From the NCBI GenBank assembly GCA_964016885.1, contig OZ024741.1, positions 376,836,001 to 376,900,000 on the forward strand: DNA of 64,000 nucleotides, read 5' to 3'. The notes beneath the pieces are model-generated. The model made no database searches and was not told where the DNA came from. It worked only from the letters and a program-made list of their open reading frames with translations. Positions 27,126 through 42,148 of the stretch are shown here, one piece after another. The DNA comes from Eledone cirrhosa (Eukaryota). Each line of letters starts with the position of its first letter. Position 1 is the first letter of the stretch. Made by a program: the position numbers and the translations under genes.

Positions 27126-29964
27126 ATATATAAATATAAATATGTAAATATATATGTATATATATATATATATGTGTGTGCAGGTGTGTGTGTGTGTGTA
27201 TGTGAATGTCGTTAGTATTCGCATCAGGTTTACAGAAACAAACAACGCCTCTCACGCCTGCACAGCAATCAAAGTAATGCGTTTCCTGTCAATCAAGGCA
27301 CATCGCCACATACACAGGCACACAAATTCACTAATACCACCATTCACACAATTATATCTATAATCTCATCCTGGGTAAACTGATCATTCCGTCTGCTATC
27401 TAATTGTTCCTCACATTCTAGCTCTGCAGACTCGAAACATTCCTGCAAGATTGATTGCCGCACAATCCGCTGTCTTTATTTTGAGAAACTGCTTCGTTAT
27501 GGCGAACCTTTTACATATATTTTAAATAACCCTCTGCTGCATTCACGCATGTCTTCTAACAGACATCGTTGCTTGCATCTGGTGAGATACTGAAAATATA
27601 TTAAACTTCGACAAAACTGAATGGCAACATACTATTTTACGTATCAGATAACATGACCACGGCCTCGGGTCTTCAGTCTCAATGACAATGCTGACATTTC
27701 TCTCATCGAAAAGCACCTGTCGTATACTTTACATCTTACTGGCTCTAGGGAACGCGATGCCACTTGTACAACCGGGAATCATTGTGGTTTCTACTCCGCA
27801 GACATGCAATTCCCCGTTTTCTTTGTGGGTATCCTAGCTTCCCCAAAGCAAATAGGATGCAAACCATCTTATGCAGTACATTCTGTTCTTTTATTTGCGT
27901 CCAGTGTTGCTTTGCGATATATAAAAATGTATGCATTTTCAGTTCTTTTATTTTCACTCCTTATATTATACAGATAATGTCTAACTGAATATATTTTATA
28001 AGATTCCCTTAAGTATCTAACTATTTATATTCTAATATCACCATATAATTCGCACTCAGAAATTTACATAATAACCTATTTGGATATTGGAAAAACATTC
28101 TTGATATTGTGGATATCGAGAGCTTCCCGTATTCCACAGACGGTGAGATGAATTTGGCATTCACTTGCTTTTCAAGTGATACATCTTTAAACCCACCAAA
28201 AGTACTTAAGTACTATTTACCAGTGGTGAATTTAAGGTAATTTCAGCTATAGCAAGTCGATTATTGGTAACGTTTGTTACTTCTCACTTATAATAGCATC
28301 TTATACTATTTCACAAACACGCTTTTGGCATTTTACTTGCATTTTAAACATGAGTTGTATCAATGGAAAGCTAAGTTGGAATCAAGTCAATATATTGCAA
28401 AGGATATGCACACATTAGATTCCTTATATTTAGAGTTAGGTGATGCTTTAGCCATAAACATGAAATTCTGAAGTTGATGTAATGTAATAAAGTATTTCTC
28501 CCTGTAACAATATATTTACAATTCCCAACATTTTCCCAAAGAATTTTAAATATATTCCTTTACAACATCTAATGCATCTTGTATAGATATAATAGTGCGT
28601 TCTATTTTCGAAATTGAGAAGACTATAATGTCCATCCACTATTCATTATAGATCTACTTGTCTCCAAGTCGTATCTTTGCAGGTTGTGGTCATAATGGGC
28701 TTTTCATGCCATATTTGCCTGAATATATATATATTTATTTCATCGTTTCTACTCTTCGTTCTATTCCGTTAATATATAATCAAAATTCTCAAAATCTATA
28801 TGTATTGAATTCTATGCAATGGCTTGACAACTTATCTTTCATAAGATACTCAATAAATCTGCTGATATTTTCTATAAGGTAGAACTTAATAATATCGTTT
28901 TTTAATGTAGCAATAACTTGTAAAATATATGGATTGATTTATACGAACATAAATGCAAACATACATACATACATACATACATACATACATACATACATAC
29001 ATACATACATACATACATACATACATACATACATACAAACCCAACCATAAATACGCACAAGATTGTTAATATATGTAAACCACATTCCGCTACACAGAAA
29101 TATTTTCTTCAGCGATATCAACTCTATGTCAAGTTGACATTGTTTAAACCGATAATAGAATCAACCAAGAATGAAGAAATGAACAAATGCCACCTTCTTC
29201 AATATATAGTTTTCTTTCAATTATAACGTGATATTTCTTCTAATAAGGTTTACTCAATCACGAATAAATATTCTACCACACGTTTATAACGTTAATATTT
29301 CAATCTTGAAGTCTATGAAGAAAATGGCCATATCACATTTACTGTTTCTAAAATGCTTAAATGTAGAAAACCAGAAATATACGCAACTGTACGACGTATA
29401 ATGTCAATTTCTACAACACAAGTCGTTTCCAAGAGTTGCTGGAGTACTATTTGTGGATATCAGCCAATGTGGCTGATATATTTGTAACATTACATATAAA
29501 TATAGAACAATATTTCGATTAAAATATCGGTATTTGAAATGCTATTTAAGTCTTTAGTTTATATACATATTTCATTCATTATATACACATTATGAGATCA
29601 GCTATTTACATAACACAATGTTCCATGCAGAAATATGAAGATTTAAGAGTAATATAAATAGTATAACATTTTCCAGAACATCCTGTAAACGATGGCATAT
29701 AATATGTTCGGTAAATTCCTAACTCTACTAATATCTCTGACACAAGAAACGATTTACAAGCAAATAAGCATTACTGTAATTTCAAACGTATAAATACTAA
29801 ATCATTCAACCTTATATAAAAATATGTTATAAATTTAACATACAGTATATTTGCCTAGGAAATGAAGTAGAACTAATTTTTGGGCGACGCATAATATATT
29901 TATAGAAATTTAACAGATATATACTGAATTGAAATTATACATTAATCGTACACCCCCAGCCATT

Positions 29965-30060
<96 letters not shown>

Positions 30061-30253
30061 GACATAAACGATGAGATAAGCATCAATTAAGTTTGAGCTG
30101 TTAATGTTAAAACATGCAGAGATTAAGCATATAGATCAAATGTTCAATGCATGTGAATCTACAATTACAAATATAAATATGTAAATATGTGTATATATTT
30201 ATAAAGACGAGAAGCATACATAGTTATTCACTCACGCATTTATGGCTATATAA

Positions 30254-30437
30254 TAATTGTTTCTACTTTTGGCACAAGGCCATCAATTATACCAGTGCAT
30301 TACTGGTGCTTTATTTTATCGACCCCGTAAGGATGAAAGGCAAAGTTAAGCTCGGCGGGATTTGAACTCAGACGGTAAAGGGGCGTAACTCTATGCTGCA
30401 ACGCATGGCGTAAGATCCTCTACCGATACTGCCAATC
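30254..30437 (-). mobile_element. tRNA-derived SINE (Meta-domain type), near full length
   Basis: Reverse complement: A-box tggcagtatcgg, B-box gagttcaaatccc, Meta core. Confidence 0.88.
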
Positions 30438-30797
30438 CATATATAATGATGTATTTACATACGTATGTGTAACTGAAGAGAGGGGCATATCAGATTAAAT
30501 TGCAAAGCTTTTCCTTGAACACATGCGCAAACAACATTAAACTTAAACGTTTTTTCATTCAAATTTAATCGAACAGCCACCAACAACATTTCTCAGGTTA
30601 CAGGTGAGGTTACCATCCTCAGACTCCCGTCGTCAATGGATTGAAAATCCGAAAATATTTGTGATCATTAAAATTTGCAAGGTAAAGTTTGACCGTCCTC
30701 ACTTTTTTTCTCAATTCTTTTTACCACTATGTTTTTTCTCCTAACATGCACTGTGGACCTTCCAATTTACCAAACTTATTTCCTAGTTGTATTTGTA

Positions 30798-30833
<36 letters not shown>

Positions 30834-30838
<5 letters not shown>

Positions 30839-31526
30839 TAGATAATTTAATAAATCTACTAACATAAGCGCACATATGTACGCTAATGTCAGCAAATACA
30901 CAGGTTATGTCATAGTACCTAGGTAGTTCAATGCAGGAGAATGCAGAACAATAATATATAAGACGTAAAGTAAGAAAATTTCTTTAAAAGAAAAAAAAAA
31001 AAAAAATTAACTTACTTACTTAAATTTTCACTCCAACTAATTAGTTTCTGCAATGGGATAAAGACAGTTACGTAATGAACTGTTGAGAATTTCATTGCGT
31101 CATCAGGGAGATCATTCTCAGCCGAGTCTCCAGGCGATGCGCGGACACTGGGGACACATGTAAAAATAATAATAATTCGGCAACTGGAACAGCTATCGAG
31201 GACTGGATTCCAGCCACTGAAAATTCTCACTGCCACTGATCATATGGCCGATTCTAAAGAATCAATTACGTGACACAGAGGCTAGTCAGTAGGAATGGGA
31301 TGGTAAGATGACAGACGCCTACTAACACCCCCCAAAAAAATTTAGAAGTGGTTTTGGCAGGTTTGCTCGACAAATCAGTGATTTGGAGATAAATATAGAT
31401 AATTTAATATATCTACTAACATAAGCGCACAGATGTACGCTAATGCCAGCGATACACAGGTTATGTCATAGTACCTAGGTGGTTCAATGCAGGAGAATGC
31501 AGAACAATAATATATAAGACGTAAAA
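30834..31526. repeat. About 135 bp direct repeats flanking about 420 bp of unique sequence
   Basis: atagataatttaat..tctactaacataagcgcac..ataagacgtaaa at about 30834-30969 and 31395-31526. Confidence 0.8.
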
Positions 31527-31878
31527 TTTTACGTCTTATATATATATATATATATATAACTATGTGCGTGATCGATAATGGGTGTAGATGTAAGAGCAAT
31601 TTTGGAAAAGCAAAATAACATAAAACAATTCGAACATATATCATTAGAAAAGTATTGTCTTACTACAAATATAGAAAATTACACAATACTTCTGTTTTCA
31701 ACGGATCTAGCCTAATTACTCAAAAATTTAGAAAACACAATTCTCTTAAACGTTATACACACACACACACATACACACACACGCACACACATATATATAT
31801 ATATATATAAACAAAGCGGCGTTATAATAAGCGTCCGCTAAACTGATGCGTGCATATATGTATGTGTACCTGTATGTA

Positions 31879-31920
<42 letters not shown>

Positions 31921-32155
31921 TGCTACTGTACGTCTGTATACATATATGTATGTATGTATACATACATACTTACATTTAAGTAAGTGCCATACTAAGAGTG
32001 AGAAATGAAATTTCGTTTTCATTTTTTTCAACTTATCGTTTTCGGTATGCCTGACCGATTTAACTCACTCAATATGCAAATTAGGCTGCTCAGCCGTTAA
32101 TTTTCATATGGAAAGTATATACTTTCGAACGTTCAACTATCTGGCAGATGGGTAT

Positions 32156-32198
32156 CGGGTGCTGACGATAGCTAACAAGCTTGAAACTAGTACATCGT
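32156..32198 (+). ncRNA. Type I hammerhead ribozyme (array A, copy 1)
   Basis: CGGGTG-CTGACGA-T-AGCT(AACA)AGCT-T-GAAA-CTAG-TA-CATCGT. Confidence 0.85.
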
Positions 32199-32354
32199 TC
32201 CTGTGTCAGTGTTGAACAAAAAGGTGACGTGGTTGCCTTAACACCGTATGGCATAAATTCAGGCTGTTCAGTTTGTTTACAAACGAACAAAGCGGCGTTA
32301 TAATAAGCGTCCGCTAAACTGATGCGTGCATATATGTATGTGTACCTGTATGTA

Positions 32355-32417
<63 letters not shown>

Positions 32418-32655
32418 GCATGCTGCTGTACGTCTGTATACATATATGTATGTACGTATACATACATACTTACATTTAAGTAAGTGCCATACTAAGAGTG
32501 AGAAATGAAATTTCGTTTTCATTTTTTTCAACTTATCGTTTTCGGTATGCCTGTCCGATTTAACTCAATCAATATGCAAATTAGGCTGATCAGCCGTTAA
32601 TTTTCATAAGGAAAGTATATACTTTCGAACGTTCCACTATCTGGCAGATGGGTAT

Positions 32656-32698
32656 ACGGTGCTGACGATAGCTAACAAGCTTGAAACTAGTACATCGT
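32656..32698 (+). ncRNA. Type I hammerhead ribozyme (array A, copy 2)
   Basis: ACGGTG-CTGACGA-TAGCTAACAAGCTT-GAAA-CTAG-TA-CATCGT. Confidence 0.9.
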
Positions 32699-33107
32699 TC
32701 CTGTGTCAGTGTTGAACAAAAAGGTGACGTGGTTGCCTTAACACCGTATGGCATAAATTCAGGCTGTTCAGTTTGTTTACAAACGGACAAAGCGGCGTTA
32801 TAATAAGCGTCCGCTAAACTGATTCGTGCATATATGTATGTGTACCTGTATGTATATATGTATATATATGCATGCTACTGTACGTCTGTATACATATATG
32901 TATCTACGTATACATACATACTTACATTTAAGTAAGTGCCATACTAAGAGTGAGAAATGAAATTTCGTTTTCATTTTTTTCAACTTATCGTTTTCGGTAT
33001 GCCTGACCGATTTAACTCACTCAATATGCAAATTAGGCTGCTCAGCCGTTAATTTTCATAGGGAAAGTATATACTTTCGAACGTTCAACTATCTGGCAGA
33101 TGGGTAG

Positions 33108-33150
33108 ACGGTGCTGACGATAGCTAACAAGCTTGAAACTAGTACATCGT
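33108..33150 (+). ncRNA. Type I hammerhead ribozyme (array A, copy 3)
   Basis: Identical motif to copy 2. Confidence 0.9.
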
Positions 33151-33306
33151 TCCTGTGTCAGTGTTGAACAAAAAAGTGACGTGGTTGCCTTAACACCGTA
33201 TGGCATAAATTCAGGCTGTTCAGTTTGTTTACAAACGAACAAAGCGGCGTTATAATAAGCGTCCGCTAAACTGATGCGTGCATATATGTATGTGTACCTG
33301 TATGTA

Positions 33307-33466
<160 letters not shown>

Positions 33467-33701
33467 TGCTACTGTACGTCTGTATACATATATGTATGTA
33501 CGTATACATACATACTTACATTTAAGTAAGTGCCATACTAAGAGTGAGAAATGAAATTTCGTTTTCATTTTTTTCAACTTATCGTTTTCGGTATGCCTGA
33601 CCGATTTAACTCACTCAATATGCAAATTAGGCTGCTCAGCCGTTAATTTTCATAAGGAAAGTATATACTTTCGAACGTTCAACTATCTGGCAGATGGGTA
33701 T

Positions 33702-33744
33702 ACGGTGCTGACGATAGCTAACAAGCTTGAAACTAGTACATCGT
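33702..33744 (+). ncRNA. Type I hammerhead ribozyme (array A, copy 4)
   Basis: Identical motif to copy 2. Confidence 0.9.
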
Positions 33745-33901
33745 TCCTGTGTCAGTGTTGAACAAAAAGGTGACGTGGTTGCCTTAAATACCGTATGGCA
33801 TAAATTCAGGCTGTTCAGTTTATTTACAAACGAACAAAGCGGCGTTATAATAAGCGTCCGCTAAACTGATGCGTGCATATATGTATGTGTACCTGTATGT
33901 A

Positions 33902-33987
<86 letters not shown>

Positions 33988-34222
33988 TGCTACTGTACGT
34001 CTGTATACATATATGTATGTACGTATACATACATACTTACATTTAAGTAAGTGCCATACTAAGAGTGAGAAATGAAATTTCGTTTTCATTTTTTTCAACT
34101 TATCGTTTTCGGTATGCCTGACCGATTTAACTCACTCAATATGCAAATTAGGCTGCTCAGCCGTTAATTTTCATAAGGAAATTATATACTTTCGAACGTT
34201 CAACTACCTGGCAGATGGGTAA

Positions 34223-34265
34223 ACGGTGCTGAAGATAGCTAACAAGCTTGAAACTAGTACATCGT
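34223..34265 (+). ncRNA. Type I hammerhead ribozyme (array A, copy 5)
   Basis: Core CTGAAGA; the only change is at the freely variable position 7. Confidence 0.9.
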
Positions 34266-34421
34266 TCCTGTGTCAGTGTTGAACAAAAAGGTGACGTGGT
34301 TGCCTTAACACCGTATGGCATAAATTCAGGCTGTTCAGTTTGTTTACAAACGAACAAAGCGGCGTTTTAATAAACGTCCGCTAAACTGATGCGTGCATAT
34401 ATGTATGTGTACCTGTATGTA

Positions 34422-34505
<84 letters not shown>

Positions 34506-35245
34506 TTCTACTGTACGTCTGTATACATATATGTATGTACGTATACATACATACTTACATTTAAGTAAGTGCCACACTAAGAGTGAGAAATGAAATTTCG
34601 TTTTCATTTTTTTCAACTTATATATATATATATATATAACAAAACGAAACATAGGAAATAAAAAAATTACAGGTAGATTCACGCTAGATGGAAGTCCAGG
34701 AAGTTGCATCCTTTCGGACAGAAATTCTTCCTCAGGAAATTTCTGATTAGGAATTAACAGATTGATGTATCAGTAGTGTGAGAACGTTAGGAAAGGAAGT
34801 CAAACAAGGGTGTGGGGGGGGACGATAGGTAATGTGGTGTTGATGAAATATCCGGCCTGGGTGCCAGAGGGGAGAGTACTGTGGTGACATGGATGTGGTT
34901 TTGTGTGTGTTTGTGCCGACAGAAAGAAATTGTTAAACCTGCGTGGCATCAGTCTATATGGATGTGCGGCCACGTGTGTGTCCCATAGTTTTAAGGTAGG
35001 TGTGCACACTAATGTGTGTGTGTATGAGAGAGTATTTGTATCAGAGTGTTTAGTTTGTTTGTGAGTATACGTGTGAGTGTATATGTGAGATTATTTTCTG
35101 TCGTTTCTATCTACGTGAATGTGTACGAATGTGTCTGTGTGGGTGTGTATTATCACGTGTATATTGAATGACTGTGTGAGTGTCTACATGCTGGTGAGTA
35201 TATGTGATGTCTTTGTTGGCTCTATGTATGTGAGTAGTACATATG

Positions 35246-35276
<31 letters not shown>

Positions 35277-35328
35277 TATATATAAATATATGAAAAGATG
35301 GCGTGTTGTGTGGTTTCAAATGGGTTAC

Positions 35329-35815
35329 ATATGAATGAAATTAGTCGTTCATCAGTGATCCTCCAGCCTTCATTTGTATTTCATCGCTTCAAAGATCATA
35401 TACCTCTGGTTGGTGCGAGCAACGACTGAAGAAAAAAGTCGTTGGGACACGTAAATAGGGTGAACGAGCGAGACAGTAAACAAACAAAGATGTTAATGCA
35501 ACGAAAAGTGAGGAAGAAGGAGTCAAGTCCCTGAAATCGGTGAACATAAGTTCTGTGAAATCGTAGACGAGAGATAAAGGCCATCGAACCTGGTTGAAAT
35601 GTGAGCGAGAATCTCTCACTTTCTTTTTATCCCCTCTGCCAGTCACGTTCTCTGTTAGCCTCTTCCCCCACACTTTCACTCACTCACTGCTACTCCCTCT
35701 CCATTACTACCTCCCGTTTGACCTGTACGAAATCCTTTTCTCGCTCACATTTCAACCATGTTGGATGGTCTTTATCACTCGTTTACGATTCATCACTGAT
35801 GAAGGATTAATTTTA

Positions 35816-35822
<7 letters not shown>
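35329..35822. repeat. Foldback element with shared terminal motif ATCACTGAYGAACGACTAATTTCATTCATAT
   Basis: Inner arms 35558-35612 / 35738-35792. Terminal motif at 35329-35359(-) and 35792-35822(+), and again at about 52290-52365(+). Confidence 0.65.
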
Positions 35823-35872
<50 letters not shown>

Positions 35873-36199
35873 GTGTGTTGTTGGCTGTCTATTATCTATA
35901 GAGAGAAGCTTTTGTGTATCTGCGTGTGTGTGTGTGTTTATGTTTGGATATGTCTGTGTCTCCATCCGTGTGTATGCGACTTATTTATTATTGTTCTTTA
36001 CGTGCGCGTGTGTGTATGTACTTCCATGTGTGTGTCAGAAGATTGTGTGTATGTTTCTATCCACTTGATGTTGTGGTTGTGTTTGGTCAGTAGATGTGTG
36101 TGAGGGTCTAGGGGTATGTCGGTGCGAGTGTGTGTGTTGGAATATTCACGTAAAATTCAAGATAGAGCAGTGGTCGAATACTCGTTACAGCGAAGCCAA

Positions 36200-37345
36200 G
36201 GGTGGTTTGATCAGGGTGGAATTGGAGGGGAGAGTGTGGCGAAACGCAGAACTGAATTGAATTTTGAGGGGGCTGTGATGACAAAGTGTGTGTGAGTGTT
36301 TAGTAGTAGGTGCAGTGGTGGTAGAACGAAAGGTTTCTCTGTATGGTGTCAAGTAGCCAGTCAAATAAAGGGACTGAGCCTTGAAGCCCTCGGTTCGGTT
36401 GCATAGGCTGCGGAGTCGGAGAGATTGGGAGTAGAGGATGGAGTATTTGGTGTGTTTGGGGTGGGATGAGGTGTAATAGAGTTAGGAGTGGCAGTTAATG
36501 GGTTTAAAGGAATTGTTTCTACTTTAGGCACAAGGCCAGCAATTACCCAGTATATTACTGGTACTTTATTTTATCGACCCCGTAAGGATGAAAAGCAAAG
36601 TTAATCTCGGCGGGATTTGAACTCAGACTGTAAAGGGACGTAACTGTGCTAGAAAGCATGGCGTCCAACCCTCTACCGATACTGCCAATTCACCGACCTT
36701 AATGGGTTTAAAGGAATAGGAGGTGATGAGTGAGCGATGGGAGGGGTCGATGAAGACGGAGATGTCCAGGATGTAAACGGAGGCTGTGGAGTGGTGGAGC
36801 CGAAGGCTGGATGGAAGGAGCAGAGGAAAGAGAGAAAAGAGTTGAGCTATTATCAGGTGAGGGTTGTGGCGCCGATGCCGTCGTCAATGTAATGGTCGTA
36901 TAGCACGGGGAATGGGGCCGGTGAATTTGGAAAAGATTTAGGCCTCAAGGTGTCTCAAGAATAGGTTGGCGTAGTTAGGGCCTAGTCTTGTGCCTGCGGC
37001 CATCCCGGTAACATGTTGGTAACTCACCCAAGAAAGAAAAGCAGTTGAGGGGTGAGGACAAGTTCGGTGAGGCGGATGATGGTGGAGGTGGAAGGGAGAA
37101 GGTCGGGGAATTGTTGATGGGCACGCAAGCCACAGGTGTGGAGGATGACTGTGTAAAGGGATTCGATATCTAGGGGGAAGAGGAGGGTGTGGGCCGGGTG
37201 TAAAGGCAGAAGAGTGAAGCGGCGCAGGTGAGTTCGCTGGGGTAGTTGGAGGTGGACAGGATGGGGGGGGGTGCAAGTTTATCGGCTTTGTGAATTTTGG
37301 GTAGGGAAAAAATGGTGGGGTTGAGTGGGGTGTTGACGAGGAGGT
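36200..37345 (-). pseudogene. Decayed PLE RT fragment (Neptune/Poseidon-like)
   Basis: FSLPKIHK, YQHVTGMAAGTRLGPNYANLFL, HYIDDGIG, LDISVFID, SSHPKHTKYSILYSQSLRLRSLC across frames. Confidence 0.8.
36514..36698 (-). mobile_element. Full-length tRNA-derived SINE with 19 bp target-site duplication
   Basis: ttaatgggtttaaaggaat at 36495-36513 and 36699-36717; A/B boxes and Meta core. Confidence 0.92.
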
Positions 37346-38406
37346 TGGTCGTGGTGGGAGGTAGAAGGGAGAAATATATATATACGTCACCTTTACTTAG
37401 TATGAATTCTATATGCAACATCAAATACTCTTAAAACATACGTTATTAAATCTATAACTATTCCCAGTTAAATGAGATCAACCAGAAATTCCAGTTGACA
37501 AGAGTACATGGAGGTAGCTTCTTTAACCAGATGAACAAATTCCTCAAAACCTTTGCCTTCGTAAGTATTGATAACAGAATCAGCGTTCATGGCACGTTTC
37601 CATGTTTAAGTGTTTATATAAGATATATATATATATAAAAAAAATATAGAAGTGAATTACATATTGCTTCTTCTGCGTTGTAACATTAATAATGGTTTAG
37701 AATAAACGTTAGAGATACTTTAAACATCCTACAGTGGCAACAATGTGTATGTGACTGCATTATGCTGAAATCAATTTTAGTGATAAAACGTGTGTTAATG
37801 TACGTAAGAGTGTGTAGCATAAATTTGATCTATATAGGTAGGATAATGCCATTTGGTTAGCAACATACACTTGTTTGTAACGGCGCATTCTGATGGCAGT
37901 AGCTTTAACCTGTTCTGTGATTGGCTATCAATCACGTAGATTTCTCGAGGAAATCGTAATAAATGTCAACAAGAAAGAGAAAGTTTCGAACACAATTTCC
38001 TCTTCTCTACTTGATAAACTTACGCCATGTACCGAACATATCAATAGTGCAATGGAAACGATCAGCCTGAATATCAACGTTTATGAATATCAGGTTTTAT
38101 AATTTCACAAATTTTTACCAGTAGAGAGAGAGTCAGTTTCTAACATAGATACAAGACTCTCTCATTGGAATTTACACAACATCAACTAGGTAGATTATGT
38201 ATGCATGTCTGCATGTGTAGATATGGATGTTATTGTATGTGTGGATGTGGATGTTTTGAGTTGTATGTCTGCATGTGTATATGCTTTGTATCTCTACATA
38301 TGTATATGCAGTTATTAGATGCAAAATGTTTAGTATGTTTTACATATTTTTACTGTTCTATTAATGTCTGTATGTACGTGTGTATGTATGTATTAATTCA
38401 TGTACT

Positions 38407-38509
<103 letters not shown>

Positions 38510-38603
38510 GTGTGTTTATACATGTGTATATAAAAGACTCCTTATTTAGTGCATGTTTAGCTTTTATTATGTGAGCTATAAATCAAGCAGACACGGATAT
38601 ACA

Positions 38604-38641
<38 letters not shown>

Positions 38642-38653
38642 CACGCACACACA

Positions 38654-38749
<96 letters not shown>

Positions 38750-40790
38750 ATATGCGTTTGCAGATATATGGTGAGATGGGGCTGTGGAAATGCACGTGAC
38801 CAAGATAGAGCACAATATTTGTTGTTGGTTCTACGTGAGATTTGCTTGGTAACTACGTCAGCAATATTTCATTATAAAGAACGTAATGTAGGATTAGAAA
38901 GTCGCCTGTTTACTAATTCTTCCCAGGCAAGTGGCAATGTATATACTTTCCCGGTTAATGAGATTATGAAATCGAGAAATGCATGGACAAAAATATAATG
39001 AAAACGGGCGATTGATTTGCTCAAAATTCCTTATGGTTTGACATGTAGAAAAACAATAAAGAGCTCATGATGAAGTCAGAGAAGAGCCACCCGGCTTACC
39101 ACGAGATTTTATAACTGGATGCGCTCCAAATCTCTCCATGTCGGAACACCGCCGATTTCTTCCAAATATAGAAATATTGAGTGTATGTGAGAGAGAGAAA
39201 GAGAGAGTGAGTGAACTACGGAAAGATAGAGAGAATAATAGAAAGGGTTAGCGGAAAGCAAACACCGGCACGGAGTTTATAATATATTTATCGACATTAA
39301 AATAGTAAAAGGCAAAGTTAATCTCGAGCTGGTGCAAATATCGAATCCCCTTTTCACCGGGGCCCAAACGAATATACCATTGCCCCAACTTGAAGTGAGA
39401 TGATACATACTTTAATGAAACACTATGACCGAAAACAAAATTGAAATTACTAATGTTATTACGTTCCTTCCTTGAAAAGAAATATGACACAATTTGTTGA
39501 AAATAATAGTTTTTATGTTCATGAAATAATTCGTCACTATATCAGATGGAAACTGCAATAGAATATATATTTTAAGTTATACAGTAAAACGTATTCTTTA
39601 AATAAATATGAACAGATCATGAACATATATGAAGGAGGCAAATTGTTATATTACAATATGGTATTTATTAATAACATCATAGGCGTGAATTTTGACGATT
39701 TGAGATGAGATACGCCTTCAAAATATATATTTTATATATTTTTGAAATTATTTTTTATCCTCTACGAACGCTACCTTAATGCAAAATACAAAAGAATAAT
39801 ACTGTGATTAATGTGTAGATCGGATACTGGAAAGTACATTTAGATAAATATCATGTTAATATTCCTAATAAATAGAATTCAAACATTTATCATAGACTGC
39901 TTTTGTATCACACTCACAATAAAACAATGTTAAACCCGGTCTTATGGAAGGTATCGAAAGCAACAAAACTTATACCACTAATGATTAACGTGATTATAAA
40001 TAGATTGTTTATAAATGTACAAGGGAAATGTATTATACGACTTAATAAACTTTATTTAATGTATATTGTTCCATATAAACAAAGAGATTTTGCATCTGGT
40101 AGTAGTAATATATGTTACTTCCAATGCACATTGTAATAAATGAAAACAATACACCAGTAAAACCCTTAATATACATTAGTGTGTCATCTGGTAAAATGAA
40201 TAATCATTAAACTTATATGTTGCTGATTCATTCAAGTTATCATTGATAATCCTGTTAAATAGTAACGAAGATTTATATTGACATTCTGTGCAGGAAAACC
40301 ATCCATTTATCTTCATTCCCTGGAAACAAATTTAAAGTTTTCATCCAGCTATGTATAGAGTTCCAACCTATTAAATATATTTCTAAACAATCATCAGTTC
40401 TACGCCTTTCAGAATCTTTAAAATACTATTATCTGTCATATTATTATAAATAAGATATATTATAGGCATGTAACATTCGCTAAATTACCAGTATGAGTTA
40501 AATGAAGAAAAAATTAATAATATATATAAATTCTTTCTATACGTTACTGCTTTTACATGGTTGCTTATTACATGTGATGACGTACGTTCATCGATATAAC
40601 ATGCAAAATATCTATCTCATAATTTTCCAATTATAAAATCGGTGACTTCGTTTAATTGTCCGTAATCGTCAGTATATGTTCAAAATTTCTTGAATATCTA
40701 ATTCCCAATATTGTTGTTTGTTTGCAGTTAACAATTTCATTATTTATTTATATATATAAACAACATTATTGTTCTACATGTCTGAACACA

Positions 40791-41150
40791 ATAAATGTAA
40801 TCTAAGTTTTTCGAATATCAATAATAATATTGGATTCATTTGCAATTATGCAAACAGCCTCTTTTTTAAAGTCCTGTCAGTAGAATGAACCCCTCATTCC
40901 TGCTCCTGCGTTGGCATGTAAACAGAACTGCAGACACTAATGTTTCTGGGTGTTACCCTTCATCAGAGCAGTTCACTGTTCATCTGCCAACTGTCAGAGC
41001 TAGTGAAAATATATGCTATTTTCTGAAATATACAGTGACTGATCGGCCTGATTTGCATATTAGCAGACTGGCTGATCAGTCAGATCTGCATATTAACAGA
41101 TCCACTGATCAACCAGATTTGCATATCAGCAGACAGGCCAACCAGTTACC
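40791..41150. mobile_element. Half copy of the 10.3 kb foldback/MITE
   Basis: ataaatgtaatctaagtttt..gcagacactaatgtttctggg..gatttgcatattagca. Confidence 0.75.
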
Positions 41151-41337
41151 TGTATACGAGCGATAAGTGGCTGGCGTTGCCATATTAAAATAATAATAAT
41201 AATAATAATAATAATTGCTCTTTGGAAATGCATGAATGGCATAACAAGTGTACATTGGAAAGAGAAATCGCTAATCTGCGTGGTCACAACACAATAAGAT
41301 GGATAACATCTTTTAATGGAGTGCTTATCATACCAAA

Positions 41338-41473
41338 GCGATAAACACGAATTATTATAGATTTTACACCAGCAATAAACATGGATTATTATAGATTTTA
41401 CACCAGCGATAAACATGGATTATTATAGATTTTACACCAGCGATAAACATGGATTATTATAGATTTTACACCA
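41338..41473. repeat. 34 bp minisatellite x4
   Basis: gcgataaacatggattattatagattttacacca repeated. Confidence 0.92.
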
Positions 41474-42093
41474 ACTTGACTTCGGCGAAATGATGCATGT
41501 CTAAACAGGAATGGAGATATATGAAATAATCAGTGCACGACGCCCAAAAAGCAATAGTCTGTTATTTCAAATGTTTAATGCTTTATTGTATATCATTCAA
41601 TAAATGTAAATGATCCATGTTAAATAAAGCATAGCAAATGATATAGGAATTGTTATTTAAATTCTAGTTTCAACAGAAATTTGGTGTTTCTGAAATCATG
41701 TATACATCAATACAAATTCATATAAGAGAAAATATTAATTACATTTTTTGTAGCTTAATGAAAGAACATTTGAAATTAATAAAAAAATAATTGTATGAAT
41801 CAAGTGAAGGTAATTGAAATATGCATGTAATAAACCACACATACTAATGAATACACACAAACACACACAAACATACACACACAAATACACACACATAAAT
41901 ATATGCACAGACAAACACACACACACATATATATATATATACATAGATTTTGAGTTTATGTTGGTTGTATACCAATACCTCAGGATGAAGGCTGGAGCAC
42001 TCGACGAAGTGCGTAGGTTGGTTTGGTTACTCCGGAGTAGTGTAAAATAAAGTTAAATAAAAGTCAAATGATTAAAATTTAGCTTCGTTTATT

Positions 42094-42148
42094 ACTGCTA
42101 TATATATTTCAGTGACAGCCATCTTTGGCTGTGACCTCTTCAGGCAGT
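42094..42148 (-). ncRNA. Minimal type I hammerhead ribozyme
   Basis: ACTGC-CTGAAGA-GGTCACAGCCA(AAGA)TGGCTGTCACT-GAAA-TATATA-TA-GCAGT. Confidence 0.88.

Noticed and set aside
28150-28900. Possible piggyBac remnant (minus strand, GKYGMK-like)
   Set aside because: One short motif among many stops; needs a TBLASTN/HMM search.
31060-31130. Minus-strand CTGATGA-CGCAAT-GAAA
   Set aside because: No stem I, no real stem II, and G at the cleavage position; likely chance.
35329-35822. CTGATGA in the terminal motif (also at 52340)
   Set aside because: No consistent downstream GAAA or stem II among the three copies; treated as a terminal motif only.
41338-41473. CRISPR-like periodicity
   Set aside because: Head-to-tail 34 bp repeats without unique spacers, in eukaryotic context.
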